Shown here in pieces: positions 24,459 through 38,719 of a DNA stretch of 64,000 nucleotides. The translations under genes were made by a program, and so were the position numbers. The stretch covers positions 51,125 to 115,124 of the forward strand of contig RDEW01000077.1 of assembly GCA_011109175.1 (NCBI GenBank), written 5' to 3'. Within the stretch, counting starts at the first letter, position 1. Each line of letters begins with the position of its first letter. The DNA comes from Dicyema japonicum (taxonomy: Eukaryota; Animalia; Dicyemida). A model generated the notes under the pieces. It did no database searches. It was not told the origin of the DNA and saw only the letters and a program-made list of their open reading frames with translations.

Positions 24459-27400
24459 AGTTAATTACTTCTATACTTTATATATAGAGTGAAATCTATT
24501 TTTATTTATAATTAATGTATTTTTAATGTTAGCTTTAAAATCTAATATTCTTAAATAAAATTTAAATTAATTAATTATATCTTAGATAATTAAAAATGAA
24601 TTTTTTTATAAAGTAAAAATATAAATATTTCAAATAAAACAACAGTTTATTGGAGTAAATATATCCAACAATAGATCTCTCCATAGCTTTCGACTCAATA
24701 AACAGACAGAAACTGATGAATGTGTTTGAGCAAATATTGGATGAATCGTAGGTTAGAATAATCAGACTACTACTTGCAAACACAAGACTATCTGTGAGGA
24801 CAGAAGGAGCAACTTCCCGCAGTTTTAAAACAAAGATTGGGACACCACAGAGTGATTCCTCTCTTCCCTTTACTATTTACCATATATCTTGAATCTGCAC
24901 TCCGCGACCTCCGTAAATGCTATATAGGAGACATCGAAATGACATCTTATGCGGATGATGTGGATTTTGTATCACGGGACGTGACCGCACTCCAACACCT
25001 GCTAGAAAATGCACCTGCGGAGCTTGAGAAATGGTTTCTCAGCGTAAATGTTAACAAAGCTGAAATTACGGAAATCAAAAGAAAAGACGATATTACTCAT
25101 GAAAGATAGAGACGTACTAATAAGCTCGGCTCTCTACTAGGAAACGGTGAAAATGTACTAAGGAGGAAAACACTGGCAAATGCGTCAATGGCTAAACTGA
25201 AGAAAGGATGGCTAAGGGCCAAAGGACTTGGAATTGACATCAGATGCAGGCTTTACAACGCGTTTGTGAAAAATAAAGTATTAAGGAGAAAATTAGCGTT
25301 TATATATTTCAATTAATGAATAAAATTCCATTTTTATTTTTAGTATGCTATTTAATTTAAAATAATTAAAAAATAGTATTATAAAAAGGATAAATTATTT
25401 TTATCTGTATGTGGGGCATTTTTTATTGGGGCAGGGGTTAAACTGTATTTAAAACAGAAAGTTTATATTTTTAGTGACGAAAACAAATTAAATATGTGAA
25501 AATAAATTAAAAGATATATATACAAATAAGATTTTTTTAAATATTATACAGTTTCATTTTTAAATAATGTATATAAGTTAAAAAATAATAATAATAAGTT
25601 ACCCTTTCTTTTTGGGGCACCCCCGCTTTTTGAGGGACATAAATGCCCCAACCGGGGTCCGTCTGTATAAGTAAAAAGTATAAGTAAAAACAATTTTTTA
25701 ACCCCACATGCTAAATCATATCTAGCTACTATGGGAGGCTACTTCGCGACGATAAGTCGGTGGAGTGAAAAATTAGGCCTAAATACATTTTTTTTAATTT
25801 TAAGTAATTTTTTAATTTGTTCATGAATGTCTTACTAAACAGCTAATCTATATATTTCTAGATAACTCACTAACTTCCTAAGTGGACTTACGTGTATGCC
25901 TCAGAGGTCTGTAATTTATCTCACGTCTTTTCTCCAACGGAGTCCCATGAAAATCTTCGTTATCCCCTGCTCTGTTTAACCGTTTTTCTAGCCGTTCTTG
26001 GCCTCTTCAGTCTCAGACCCAAGTCATGCTTCTTGCAATCGAGTATCAGAAGAGCGTGAATATGATAGAATTTTAAATAGCAGTTAGTCATTTTGTCGAA
26101 AAGTCGAGTTGGTGACGTACCTCTTTCGCTGATTATATTTAAGGATAAAAGCCTTTGTCATTGGGGATGATCGACCTGACGGAGTCGGAGACATTGGAAA
26201 ACTAAAATTCTTCACAAAGACAGATGCGTTTAGGATCTAAATTCGAATCTCGTTCTGGCCAATATTGACAGAACTCAAAGGACAACTGTTGAAGCTGCAC
26301 ATATAGGATGATAGTTAATATGATTTTGTTTGATACTAGTATAAACCCATCTAAATATAATAATAACATTAGAGACATCGGATACACAAACTAACTAATC
26401 ATGTGATCACAGCATGCTTAAATAGGGACCTCATTATCGCCCGATGCTCTTCCCTCGACCCCACACATGCACGTATCGGGTGAGTGACTGAATCTTCGCA
26501 GTCATGACGGCGCGTTCCATGATTCATTCATAGCATGGCTTCTAGAGACATTGGAGAAAGGACAATCACACAAGAAAAAAAAAGTGAAGATCATTTCTTG
26601 GTTTTACGATTAGTTAAAATTAATTGTTTTTTACTTAAATAAAGTGTGTGTCCTGCCTATGCGGAGCTATAAATACTATGGTTCTCGTGAAAAGGCTTTA
26701 TTATTATTAACAATTCAGAATATCTTATATTTTGTAGGAATTATTAGTTAACAAGCATGTCTTCTACTGAAATTCGGAACTCATTGGAAGCTCTTTGAAC
26801 ATGTATTGAGAATGTACCTGAAAGCCCCAGCTAACATGGACATAAAAGATTTTTTTCTTACAAATTTCATATTATTTCGAAAGTTCATGAATCACCCGAA
26901 CAAACTTCAATAGATTAGAGTGTTTATCATTCAACAATTTGAGTGCTTTTAATTGACAGTGCTTACTGATTCGAAATAAATATCTCGATTGCATCAGCAT
27001 CAAACATTTAAGTTTAATGGTCTATTTCACATGTGTTTGGTTGCCATGGTGGATTATGGCTTCAATGAGAATAACCATTTCTGAGAATATAAAATTCTCA
27101 GTTTAAGACTAGCTGCGAGATATCGGGACAGTTAAAGAACTTATTGTTGAAGATCCTAATTAGAATTCTTACTTATCCTCAGGATTTAAAACTAACAAAG
27201 AATCTATGTGTTTGTAATGTAAAGGTTGGGGAACTTTGATGGGACATAGTCTTTACAACAATGGAATTTTATCTTTAAGTTTTAGATTTTGATTAAATTT
27301 AGTATTTTAGAAAGTTGTTGTATTTTAAAATTTCAGCAAAATTATTTAAAAGACATTATTCGGTAGAATATTTGTGTCAATTTCGACGACTTCACAAGGA

Positions 27401-30400
27401 AGGAGTGTCCAATGAAAAAGTCCTTTGTTATAGGAATTCTACATGGAACTTGCTATTTTGAATGGAATTGTATTTTCTTGTCTAAAACAAGGATTGTAAA
27501 TTTACAACAAATTAAGAAAAAATAAAAAATCAGAAAAACCGAAAAAATACAATTAAGAATTCTTCGTTTTAGATTTCTAAGGAATAGACTTCGCTTTGTC
27601 TTTAATTTTTTGGCTGTGGTTTTCCAGAATATCCCTTTTATGGGCAGTTTCCTTTTCCATAAACTCAATGAATTTGAAAGTGTCATCAAATATCATATTA
27701 GCATTTCTTGGACAGGTCTGGGTTGAATTCCATCTGGCACACATTGGGAAACTTAGAATGTCTTCCTTACGAAGAACTAGCATTCTATGATCTCAGAGTT
27801 TTTTAAATTTTGGGCCAAAGGGATCGAACGTGGATCCTACGTATTTCATATTTTTATTTTCTTCGGAACTTCATTAGAAAATCTGGTGAGTTTTCGGCAA
27901 ACCACGTGAAAATTATTTGCTAAAAAAATCTGAATCAAATTTTTTGAAATTTCCGCTAATTTTTTAGAATATATCCACTGAGAAGAGAGCTGAATTAACT
28001 TACCAGATTTTATCTCAGTCGATGTGGAATTGTTATAAGATTCATGCACGTGGAGTTAACTTATCCACTAGGATGAACCCAAATGTAAAAAAATCTCTTA
28101 GAGAATTGTTGCAATGAGCTATACTAGTATTTTAGTGGGATGTATTATCCTGATGTCGTAGTTATGTAGGCTCAAAAATTTATTGAAAAAATCTTAAGTA
28201 TTTTGGTAGCTGAAGAAGCAAGAGAGTGATACGAAGTTTTCAACGAAATCAAAAGTGCGATTGATTCACACTCAGATGGATTTTTACAGCGCCCGAGAAT
28301 AGCCATCATCTGCCACAATCCTCATTAAGCAATGTCATAGGACGTGACAAAGCACATGCAACAAGGAAAACCAAATTTTTGCCATGTCCCGTAGCCAGTC
28401 AAAGTCCTCCCGTTCATGATGCGTCTCTCTATTTCTTTAAGTTCTTTGTAAAAGACGGTCGGTAGGTTTCTTCGTTCGACCACAGAAACTAAAACAAAGT
28501 AGTCCTTCTTGGCTACGTTTGTGGGTCCCCAGGTCCTTCCATACTATATGTCCAAATAGCCTCCAGCTTGTCTCATATATGTTTTTGTTTCCAAATAAAG
28601 CAAATTCAAGTTCATTAATAATGTACAGTGGTTAATAATAATAACACCAGAGACCACGGTTACACAAACTAACTAATCACGTGATCCCACCACGTTCTAG
28701 CAGGGACCTCAGAATTTTTAAAAAGACAATTTAAAATACTTTTCTAATTAAATCATTAAAAACGGGTTTTAATTTACGAAAACACAATTAAATCAAATTT
28801 ACTAACTGCTTCTAAACCTTTCTCCTCTTGGAAGTGGAGTCTTTGACTTGAAACCCATTCGTTTTCACCTCACTCAGGTTACCTTGAACGTCATTGAACT
28901 AATCTGCTAATTCCACCAGGTGATTGTTTGTAACAGAATCTTCCTCGATAATGTGCACCCCATATTTATACTCCACTAACATGGTCTCCAACGTCTTTTT
29001 GAAGACAGCGGATTTAATGTATGTTCTAGTTGGTGCTTCGACTGAAATGGCTCCCAAGTGAGATTTATAAGCCTCCGAACGAAGACACAACAAAGCGAAG
29101 TAATTGGGATAACATTGTCTGCTCCAAAATTTTGGAAGACCTTAAAAAGAAACAAATCAACATCGTCTGGATTGTTTGGTGTCAGCTTCAAGTGGAGGGA
29201 GTAGAACATCGCTTGGTGGATTACTCTCCCGGTCGTTCTACAAAACGATCTGAAAGCCGTGGAGAAAACATTGGCATCTGGTGACGATCTGGATTTACTA
29301 GGGGACCTAGCAAAGAACAGAAGAGCTTGGAGCAACCTAGCTAATTATCTTATATTTTTTAGGAAAATCCTAAATTATATCCAAAAAAGTACAATTAGTC
29401 AAAAGCATCCAGAGAGCACCTCCTGGACGGCACTTCCTTCAAATCAGAGCATGCGATGTCTGCTGAAAGAGGCCAGGATCACCCGTTTTTGTCTAATCTA
29501 TGTATGGCGCTGTTTTCTGGTTCAATGAATTCGAGGTGAATTCGAAAGATGTCGGAGGCTAAGATCACTTAATTTAGCAAATTAATACCTTCATTCTTGG
29601 TGCTCTTGGTGTTTTGAAATAAAATGTTCAATAAATTTAATCCCACTTGTTGCTAGGATTCAAGAACGAGGTAGACGTTTCAGCTTTCGAAGCTGAGGTC
29701 AATACTAAGGTACCTTTTGGGCCCGGAGTACATAACATGTCACGGGTCATTCCTAAGGCTTCGGATTCAATAGTGCTAGTCTTCGGAGTCCCTCAGGACT
29801 TAGTATATGATAATGTAGTAATATTTATTGAAACAATGTATAATCACGATGTAACGACATAACAATTTGGAATGCAAATAATACGAAAGAGCCAACAGAA
29901 TATATATAGGGACAAATCAAATAGTGAAAAATAATCCATATTTATAGGTTATAAAATATAAAATATATATTAGACATTTTGATAACAGCCTTCAACACTA
30001 TTTGATAAATCCAATAATATAATGTATGACAATACAGTAGAAAATAAAACAAAGTAGACAAACAGCCAACCACAAGAAAGTGGCAAACGCATGCCAAATA
30101 ATATATTAATGTAATTATAGGTTCGCCATATAGCAAAATTATTTTAATAATAAAGATGTATTAAATTAATTTAAATTAGTCAAAATTTGATGTGTCTATG
30201 TCTTTTTCGTACTCTCAGTATGTCTATTCTACCCCGCTCGAAAAGTTTTGAATTTAATGCCGTGTGACTCACCTTCATGTGAGATCGGTCACTTGAAGTT
30301 TTGGAAAAGAGTCGCAAACTCCCTATCCCACAACCAGATCGGAATTACTTAATTATACGATAACTCTTATCCTCTTTATCTTGATTTCGGGATGAATACA

Positions 30401-31269
30401 TTAAATTAAATTCTAACACGCTTACGAGCAGTGCGATGAACTGTGGAGACGTGTGAGGAGAAAAGTTGCATCGAGATCGCTAGTAGAACGGATTATGAGG
30501 ACAGTGCACAGCTGAAGCCCAAGTATTCATATACTTAGGGGGTAGTTTCCTCTCATAATCGCGATCTCAATGTTCTGGATAAGTCATTGCGCCATTCTAG
30601 TTTCACTTTTCCTCTTCCCTGTAGGCGGTCCGATTAACCATATAAGCCCAGACATACTCGAGCCTAATAACGCCAGATGTCTAAACAGTGATCGGCTGAA
30701 AAAAAGAATCAGTCCACGATGCCGTGGTACATCTTCCTTTTCAAATTTCAGCAGTGCTGGCTGCAGAACCTATGTGCAAAAAGTACGCGGTCCTACCCAA
30801 GGATTTTTCTTTTGTTCCACTCGCCATTGAGACGTCTGGTTCCCTTGCGTCGTCTAGGGAATCGGATTTCTACACGATCAGGAGACCCTCGTGAGCGCTG
30901 CTGGTTCTTTGAGCGAATCTTGCTCGCCATCTTGAGAGGGAATAGCCACGCAGTTAGGTCAGCCACTATATGACCATTTACTCTTTTTTCTTTCCTAAAT
31001 AAAATAAATAATTTTAGTAAACTTGACCATTAGGGAAATTTTAAATTTAAGTTGTTAGTTGTTTTAACGAAATTTAATAGAAAGTTAAAATTACTCTTCA
31101 TTTTGCATATATTTGGTTGAGACAGCACAAGACAGAATTCTTAATGAAAATATTAAACTATTTATCTTTTACAATCTCCCGACAGCAGAGAACGAGGATC
31201 GTTTGGACATAACTTAAAAACTACACATAAATAAAATTGAAACTATTTTTGCTAGAAAAACAAAGCAAT

Positions 31270-31850
31270 TTAGATCATTTTGTTGAAAAAGTGAAGTTTT
31301 CAGTATATAGAGGAGGCCCGTCAGCAGGATGAAAATTTGGATACATCCCGGAGTTTAAATTGTGATTTACTAGAATAAAAATATCAAAGATCAGGTTTGG
31401 GCAGTTAGATGTAACGCCTTAGCAAATTTAATAGCTCCACCGTGTTTGGAAGTCAACTTGAAAATGAGCAGAATCGGTCTGTCGTCAACTTCAAAGCGGA
31501 TGAAATTGGACCCTTCCACGCTGTTCGCACCTAAGAAAAGCTGTTCAATGGAGACTTTTTTCAAACAGAAAAATGGCATGGAAAGCGTTTTGAAGTCATT
31601 CCTTGGGTCAGAATGGCGGAAGGTCATCAAAATCAAACATAAAATTACTCTGTGCGAGGTGTGAAAAATTTCACTGGTAAGCGCTTCTTGAAATAATGAA
31701 GGTGACTATTATGTGCCTTGAATTCACCCTTTATGTTATTAGCGTAAATTTAATATCTGTTTATGTGTTGTTTTAATGAAAATGAACTAAACAACAGGTT
31801 ATGGAATGGTATCTATCAGTCCGCCGGTTGGCTTGGACTGTTCATCCGGG
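31270..31850 (-). pseudogene. WBP2: WW-domain-binding protein 2 (WBP2)-like gene: GRAM/PH domain plus PPxY motif
   Basis: EIFHTSHRVIL...LSMPFFCLKKVSIEQLFLGANSVEG...FKLT(S/F)KHGGAIKFAKAL matches the WBP2 pattern YLT.YRVIF...F.MPF......I.QP.FGAN.I.G...KLTF..GGAIEF. A downstream GPPLY is a PPxY motif. Frameshifts are present. Confidence 0.7.
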
Positions 31851-32569
31851 TACCCCTTTTCCTTGCTAACAATCTATTTACTCGTCTAGTAAGTTACTCA
31901 TCCTAATTTCATCTCCAGAGCTGTGGTATAAGCCAGTACGCCCATCTCCAGTTAGTTCTCCCTTTGTAGGTCCTTTCCGCAGTATGTTCTTCCACATTAG
32001 TCCCAGGTCCTATATGGACCGACTATGTGGTTAACAAAGTCCCGTGTAGACCTTGATACGAATGTAGGGATCAATTGCAGTGGGCACTAGGTCCAACTTG
32101 GAAAATATCCGGAGATTTTGATTTTTTGGCTGCTGCGTCCCCCAAAAGGTTCCTTTGTTCTTGTAGAATATGTCCATTCGGTCCGTAATATGTTTATCCA
32201 CCTTGTAATATGTTCCTTCGTTTTGTAGAATAAGTTCAATCGACTTGTAATATGTTTTCTTCCCCTTGAAGAGATTCCCTTGCAGTGCAATAGGTTCCTT
32301 CGTCTTGTAATTTGGCCCTTGTAATGTGGATCCTCGCCTTGAAACTCCTTCGACTTGAGAACATGAAAGTAGAAAACGAAAATTTGAAGATGGACTGCTA
32401 AAAGTGGTTCACGCCCATAAAAGTTGTTTTAATGTACCTTTCTTCTGAAATAAAATTACTCTATTTTCGTGGTATCAATAATTTATTGACATATCGATTA
32501 ACAACAAGAACCAGATTTGAAAATAAAAATTTTAAATTTATTTTATAAATTTTATCAAATATAAAAAAA

Positions 32570-32810
32570 ATTGAAGGTGGAGAAGAAGCGGAAGTATGCT
32601 TTTCTCGTAAACGAATTGGAGATAATGTATTGATGCAAAGTTCATTTAATCCTTATGTGAAGACATGGATTGTATCGGGAATAAATTCTACTAAGGTACC
32701 TGAGATAGTTGGAAGTCGATAGAAATTTCCATGCATATGTACAAACAACTGTCCTCAAAATAGCCCTTTAGAACGTGTCTCGTGACTAATGGCGTACGAA
32801 CTTTACTGTG
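32570..32810 (+). mobile_element. RLE-type (R4/NeSL-group) LINE 3' fragment
   Basis: EKKRKYAFLVNEL...CKVHL.PYVKTW...HAYVQTTVLK, related to the 47,691-49,402 element. A similar minus-strand piece lies at ~11,990-12,180 and ~28,900-29,100. Confidence 0.6.
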
Positions 32811-35800
32811 GAGCCTACAAGAGGATAACGGTAGACAGTTGGAAAGAATCTTCCAGTGGAGTGGGGGAGAGAAAATGATCCTTTTTCATACCAAAATATA
32901 ACTGGTAAGACAAGTCCATCCGGAACCAAATTAAAAGGTAAAAGAAGTCCATTCCTTGCAATTGTGGAAACCCCTCCAGTGGAGTGGGGAGATCAAATGA
33001 TTTTTTTCGTGCCAACCTGACATTCCGATAAATTATTCTGTGGTTCATTCGGATAGATTGCCTCCAAGAATCTTTTTACTAAAATTCCATTTTCATCAAA
33101 AATTTAAGTTATTTTTCAGAACATTTTATTCTTAGAAAACAAGTCGGGCTCTTGGGTTCGAATCACAGACTAACCATCAATGATAATACTTGAAGCTTTT
33201 CCGGTCCTAGACTTCCAGTGAGCATCGAAGATATGTGACCTCCGGTGAGCAGACGTACAGCATTAGCAGCTGGAAGACTGAGGACGGCAAGCCTCCTACA
33301 GGATAGGGAGGTCGGGGCTAGTAACTAATGAAACTGGAAATGACATTGTATAACTTCTCCCAAAATCAAACAGAAGCTAATTTTACTGTCGAGGAGGTAT
33401 GTCTCTAAGGTTATCTAAACCTCCATATGTGAGATAAAAATTAAATAACAAGAGGAGGTGAAAAAAATGGTTGTTGAAATTTACAAAAGTCAATTCAAAA
33501 AAAGGTTTAACCAAAGCCAGATGTCACCAATGTTTCTTGGAATCAATGGAGACGCTTGGCATAGCGATTCTTAAAAATGTGGACGCAGAATCGACCATCG
33601 TATGTTGGAGTGGAATATTCGCTAGGGTTCAGCGCTCAGCCCCCTGCTATTCAACATTCTCATGGCTATGATGCCGGAATAGAAATTTTAAGGATTACGC
33701 AAAAATCTCGTATGTGTCCAGCCATGAAAATAGTCGACAACAGGAAATAGCGTGTCTCTAAGGGTTTGACAATCTCAGCAAAAAACTAATCCTCCGCTGA
33801 TCTCTAACATTCGTAGATTCAATCGACAATGCTGCGACTTGAGGAACTCCATAGATGCCGTACACTTACACTACCTAGGAGAGTTAATTTGAAGAAAAGG
33901 GACTTTATGGAAGACATAGTTTTAGAAAAGGAGGGTTTTCCAAGCACATCTATGTCTGTAAAAGTTAAAAATTGGATGAGATTTTTTGTCTCTTCGGACA
34001 AGTTGTCCTGCACTGTCCCTGCACTTTTTTACGTGACACCATTATATTTGCATACACATTAACTGGGCGGCACAGTGTAATGAATGCCGGTAAAAATGAC
34101 TGATGGCTCTTAGTTCGAACCTTGCGAATGAAAGTTCACGCATCTACGATGCTTTGGATTTGACGAGTGACGCCTTATTAATGAACATCTCACTGCGGAA
34201 CTGAATCGTCTAACAAAAAAGACCACAACCAACAAAAAGAATAAAGAAGTGAAGTGCATTCCTTGGTTTTCCCTCGTTGATTAGTCTGATAATTCTTCTT
34301 TACTTAAATAAAGTATGTGTTTTGCCTGGGAGGGATATAGCTACTATAGCTCTTCGTAAAATGCAGTATTATTATACACATTAATTATTTTCATTTGTTT
34401 TCTGCTAGTCCATAATTTGATTACGCAATCATTGTCCTATTTATATGCATTTTCAGGCTTTGAGGAATGTCAAATCCAATGCCATAATAGTTTAACTCTG
34501 GTTGTAGTACAGTAAATTTGTACTCACATAATCCTCAACAAGCTTAGTTCGAGACTTTTGGAGAGAAGCAATTTATAGTTAATAATGACTTTTTCCATTT
34601 TAGAATAGAGACTCCTTATAGTCGTTTTTATGACTGAAATTAAATGTAATTAGCAAAAAGTTTTTTAGTCATTATCATTTTTTAAACAGGGAATATTATT
34701 TTTTTCTAAATAAAATATTTTTAAAACATTAATTTTAATCAACAAATAAATTAATTTAGACAATAATTAGGACGACAGAATGGCGAAGGCGTTACCTCTG
34801 ATAAACGCCATTTCTAGCCTCTGCCTCAACCCAGAGTCCCTCTTTGCTTAGTCTTTCTCCCTCATCTTGGTAAATCAACCGCCAACTTTTGCTTCTTTTT
34901 TTCAATCGTGTGGGGGTTGAAGATATCTGTCTTCAGAAGTCTTTGGTAAGCATGCTCAAAACCTCCAAATCTCGCTTTGGATCTATCAAAGCCCACACGT
35001 TTGTTCGTTACACAAATGGCGTAGCAGACGTAGCTATGGAGGCTCTGAAGGTGAAAACCCCATTTACCCTCAAATAAATGTTAATCACGACCAATTGATG
35101 AATATTGAGTCCTTTATATAGATTATATAAGCAAAGACAGCCGGACTGCATGTGGTGGAGAGGTTCGTATCCTCGTCTCAAAAGTAGAGGAAAATAACTA
35201 TGTCCGAGGATCTTTTCAAAGTTAAAAAAAATCAAACATATTTAAGGTCTTCGATGTCAAATCAGCTCTTGTCAAGTTTATCTTTAACATTGAAAAGAAA
35301 TTCCTGACAAGCGAGGTGAAAGAAGCTGTGACAGGCTTTTGTTACCAGCAAAGTAGCGATTGAACATCGAAGTGACTTTTAATAACTGCCGTGTCTCTCT
35401 AATTATTTTTTGGTTGAGGTGGTGACGTGCCTTTTTAGCTATGTCCCAAACATGTTTGATTCGATTGCCTTTTACTGTCGCTTCATTTAATGTTAGAGAA
35501 CTATCAGCGAGCTCGAAACGGAACACCGTGTGCGATAACTAGACCGTTACGGAGTTGATGTATGCTATCTTTATATGACAAAAGGTGCAGGAGGACACGA
35601 TGAAGTTTATGGAAAATACCAGCTAATGTTACTGCCATCTGAATGCCGACACTGATTTGCCGTCCGAGTTTTGTTGAGAAAACGAGAGTTCTAATTGTGG
35701 AGTGTTCATGATCGTATTGCGATTTCTCAGCTCAAACTAAAACTGACACGGAATAAACTGTTAACTATTATCAACGTATATGCACTCCATACTGGGAGAG

Positions 35801-36724
35801 TATTGGTCACCTCTGATGAGTTGGACGAATTTTATGAAAGCCTTTTGAAAGTATGCACCGAACTGGACAAAACAACAATCGTGTTCCTGGCGGAAGACTG
35901 GAGTGCCAAAGAAGCTTTAAGAAAGACCACGAAATATGTGTTGGAAGGCATGGATGAGGGTATCGAAACTTTTCCGGAGAGTCCCTAATTGAGTTCTGCC
36001 TGGAATTTGGTCTTTATCTGTGCAATACGACATTTCAACATTTAGCAAGGCATAAGAAGACATGGAATGGCCACAGAAAAAACCGAGACGGGCGAGAGAT
36101 TACAATATACAATCAAAAAAAATTATATATTATGTCAGAATGCACATAAAAACTTGCTCGTGGACTCACGGTCATATGGAGGAGCTGTAACGAATAGTGA
36201 TCATAAAATAACGGTGGCTCGGATGTGCATACGGAAACTATTTGGTAACATTGCCCAGAACAATCGAGTTGAAAGTAGCATTAAATCAACTATTAACAAT
36301 TCAACCTTCTCTCTCATCTAAGTGAAAAGTAGATTTATTGGATCAATGATTCACGACTGTAAATTTAAGTGGAGACTAATCAAATTGGATTTAATAGTAA
36401 ACGATCCATAAATTTAGTCCCCAAAAGAATCCCCCACTTAATCTAGAATTGTTGGACCAATCTGTCAAGAATTTTTCAAAAATACAAAAAAATAAATATA
36501 TTTGTTATCATGTAAAAACCACCTGTTCATTAAGACAAATTAAAGCCAAGCTCATGTATCCTACTAGAAGAGTGGATGACGAAGGCACAAGAATTGGACT
36601 TTAAGTCTGCCTCAGAATGGATGTTTGCGCAATCCATTTAGATGTGGAGAAATGGTAGACGTGTAAGGTCTTCTGTTGTGATTATTAATAAATTGAATTA
36701 TTCCGCAAAAAATGAAATTCAAAG

Positions 36725-36772
36725 AAAAAGTGGAACGCTTCACGAATTTGCATGTCATCCTTGCGCAGGGCC

Positions 36773-36804
<32 letters not shown>

Positions 36805-36822
36805 TAATATGTCCCGTAGGAC
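36725..36822 (-). ncRNA. RNU6: U6 snRNA (copy C; variant)
   Basis: ACAGAGA and AGC intact. GGCCCCTG is shortened to GGCCCTG and the 3' part reads GACATGCAAATTCGTG. Confidence 0.92.
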
Positions 36823-37034
36823 ATTCAAATACTTCCATACTTTATATATAGAGTGAAATCTATTTTTATTTATAATTAATGTATTTTTAATGTTAGCTTT
36901 AAAATATAATATTCTTAAATAAAAATTAAATTAATTAATTGTATCCTAGATAATTATAAATGAATTTTTTATAAAGTAAAAATATAAATATTTCAAATAA
37001 AACAACAGTTTATTGGAGTAAATATATCCAACAA

Positions 37035-37186
37035 GGACACTCACACAAAAAAAAAAAAAGAAGTGAAGATCATTCCTTGTTCTACGATTAGTTAAAATTA
37101 ACTGTTCTTTACTTAAATAAAGTGTGTGTCCTGCCTATGCGGAGCTATAAAATACTATGGCTCTCGTGAAAAGGCTTTATTATTAT
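37035..37186 (+). mobile_element. 152-bp retroposon insertion private to copy C, 12-bp TSD
   Basis: Flanked by TATATCCAACAA at 37,023-37,034 and 37,187-37,198. The empty site (single TATATCCAACAA) is seen in copies A (~7,728) and B (~24,660). Confidence 0.92.
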
Positions 37187-37978
37187 TATATCCAACAATA
37201 GATCTCTTCATAGCTTTCGACTCAATAAACAGACAGAAACTGATGAATGTGTTTGAGCAAATATTGGATGAATCGTCGGTTAGAATAATCAGACTACTAC
37301 TTGCGAACACAAGACTATCTGTGAGGACAGAAGGAGCAACTTTCCCGCAGTTTTAAAACAAGATTGGGACACCACAGGGTGATTCCTCTCTTCCCTTTAC
37401 TATTCACCATATATCTTGAATCTGCACTCCGGCGACCTCCGTAAATGCTATATAGGAGACATCGAAATGACATCTTATGCGGATGATGTGGATTTTGTAT
37501 CACGGGACGTGACCGCACTCCAACACCTGCTAGAAAATGCACCTGCGGAGCTTGAGAAATGGTTTCTCAGCGTAAATGTTAACAAAGCTGAAATTACGGA
37601 AATCAAAAGAAAAGACGATATTACTCATGAAAGATGGAGACGTACTAATAAGCTCGGCTCTTTAACTAGGAAACGGTGAAAATGTACTAAGGAGGAAAAC
37701 AGTGGCAATGCGTCAATGGCTAAACTGAAGAAAGGATGGCTAAGGGCCAAAGGACTTGGAATTGACATCAGATGCAGGCTTTACAACGCGTTTGTGAAAA
37801 ATCAGTATTGAGGAGAAAATTAGCGTTTATATATTTCAATTAATAAATAAAATAACTTTTTTATTTTTAGTATGCTACTTAATTTTAAAAAATTAAAAAA
37901 TAGTATTGAAAAAAAGATAAATTATTTTACTCTGTATGTGGGGCATTTTTTATTGGGGCAGGGGTTGAACTGTATTTA

Positions 37979-38176
37979 TTACTATAATTATTATTATTAT
38001 TATTTAAGCCAAAGAAACACCGTCTTAACCCAATAACTAATATTCAGGTGATCCCGGCATCTCTCAATAATCGGGCCATTTTTTCTCGATGCTCCGACTG
38101 TGATCCCACGCATTTTCTATACGGACGGGGGTCTTTTTCCTTTTCTCTTCTGAAATTGCCTCCAGTTGCCTCTATG
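37979..38176 (-). mobile_element. Retroposon 3' end with a (TAA)n tail, inserted only in copy C
   Basis: Absent at the orthologous sites of A (~8,520) and B (~25,450); long TAA run and GGGATCAC motif. Confidence 0.7.
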
Positions 38177-38719
38177 ATTTAATAACAGAAAGTTTATATT
38201 TTTAGTGACGAAAACAAATTAAATACGTAGTAATAAATTAAAAGATATATACACAAATTAGATTTGTTTAAATATTATACTGTTTCATTTTTAAATAATG
38301 TATAAAGTTAAAAAAATAATAATAAGTTACCCTTACTTTTTGGGGCACCCCCGCTTTTTGAGGCACATAAATCTCAAACCCTATGTCCGACTGTTTAAGT
38401 AAAAAGTATAAGTAAAATCAATTTTTTATCCCCACATGATAAATCATATATAGCTACTATGGGAGACTACTTCACGACGATAAGTCGGTGGAGAGAAAAA
38501 TTAGGCCTAAATACATTTTTTTTTAAATTTAAGTAATTTTTTAATGTGTTCATGAATGTCTTACTAAACAGCTAATCTATATATTTCCTGGATATATTAC
38601 TAACTTCCTAAGTGGACACGTGTATGTCCCAGAGGTCTGTAATTTATCTCACGTCTTTTCTCCAACGGAGTCCCTTGAGGATCTTCGTTATCCCCTGCTC
38701 TGTTTACCCGTTTTTCTAG

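Larger units (their letters stand above)
17035..34842 (+). repeat. Tandem segmental duplication, copy B
   Basis: Collinear with 1-16,350, with many substitutions and small indels. Retains ~31,495-33,162, which copy A lacks. Confidence 0.95.

Noticed and set aside
32087-32340. Repetitive protein ORF (recurring CTTGTAATATGTT-like motif)
   Set aside because: Short, stop-interrupted in all frames, and no recognisable family.
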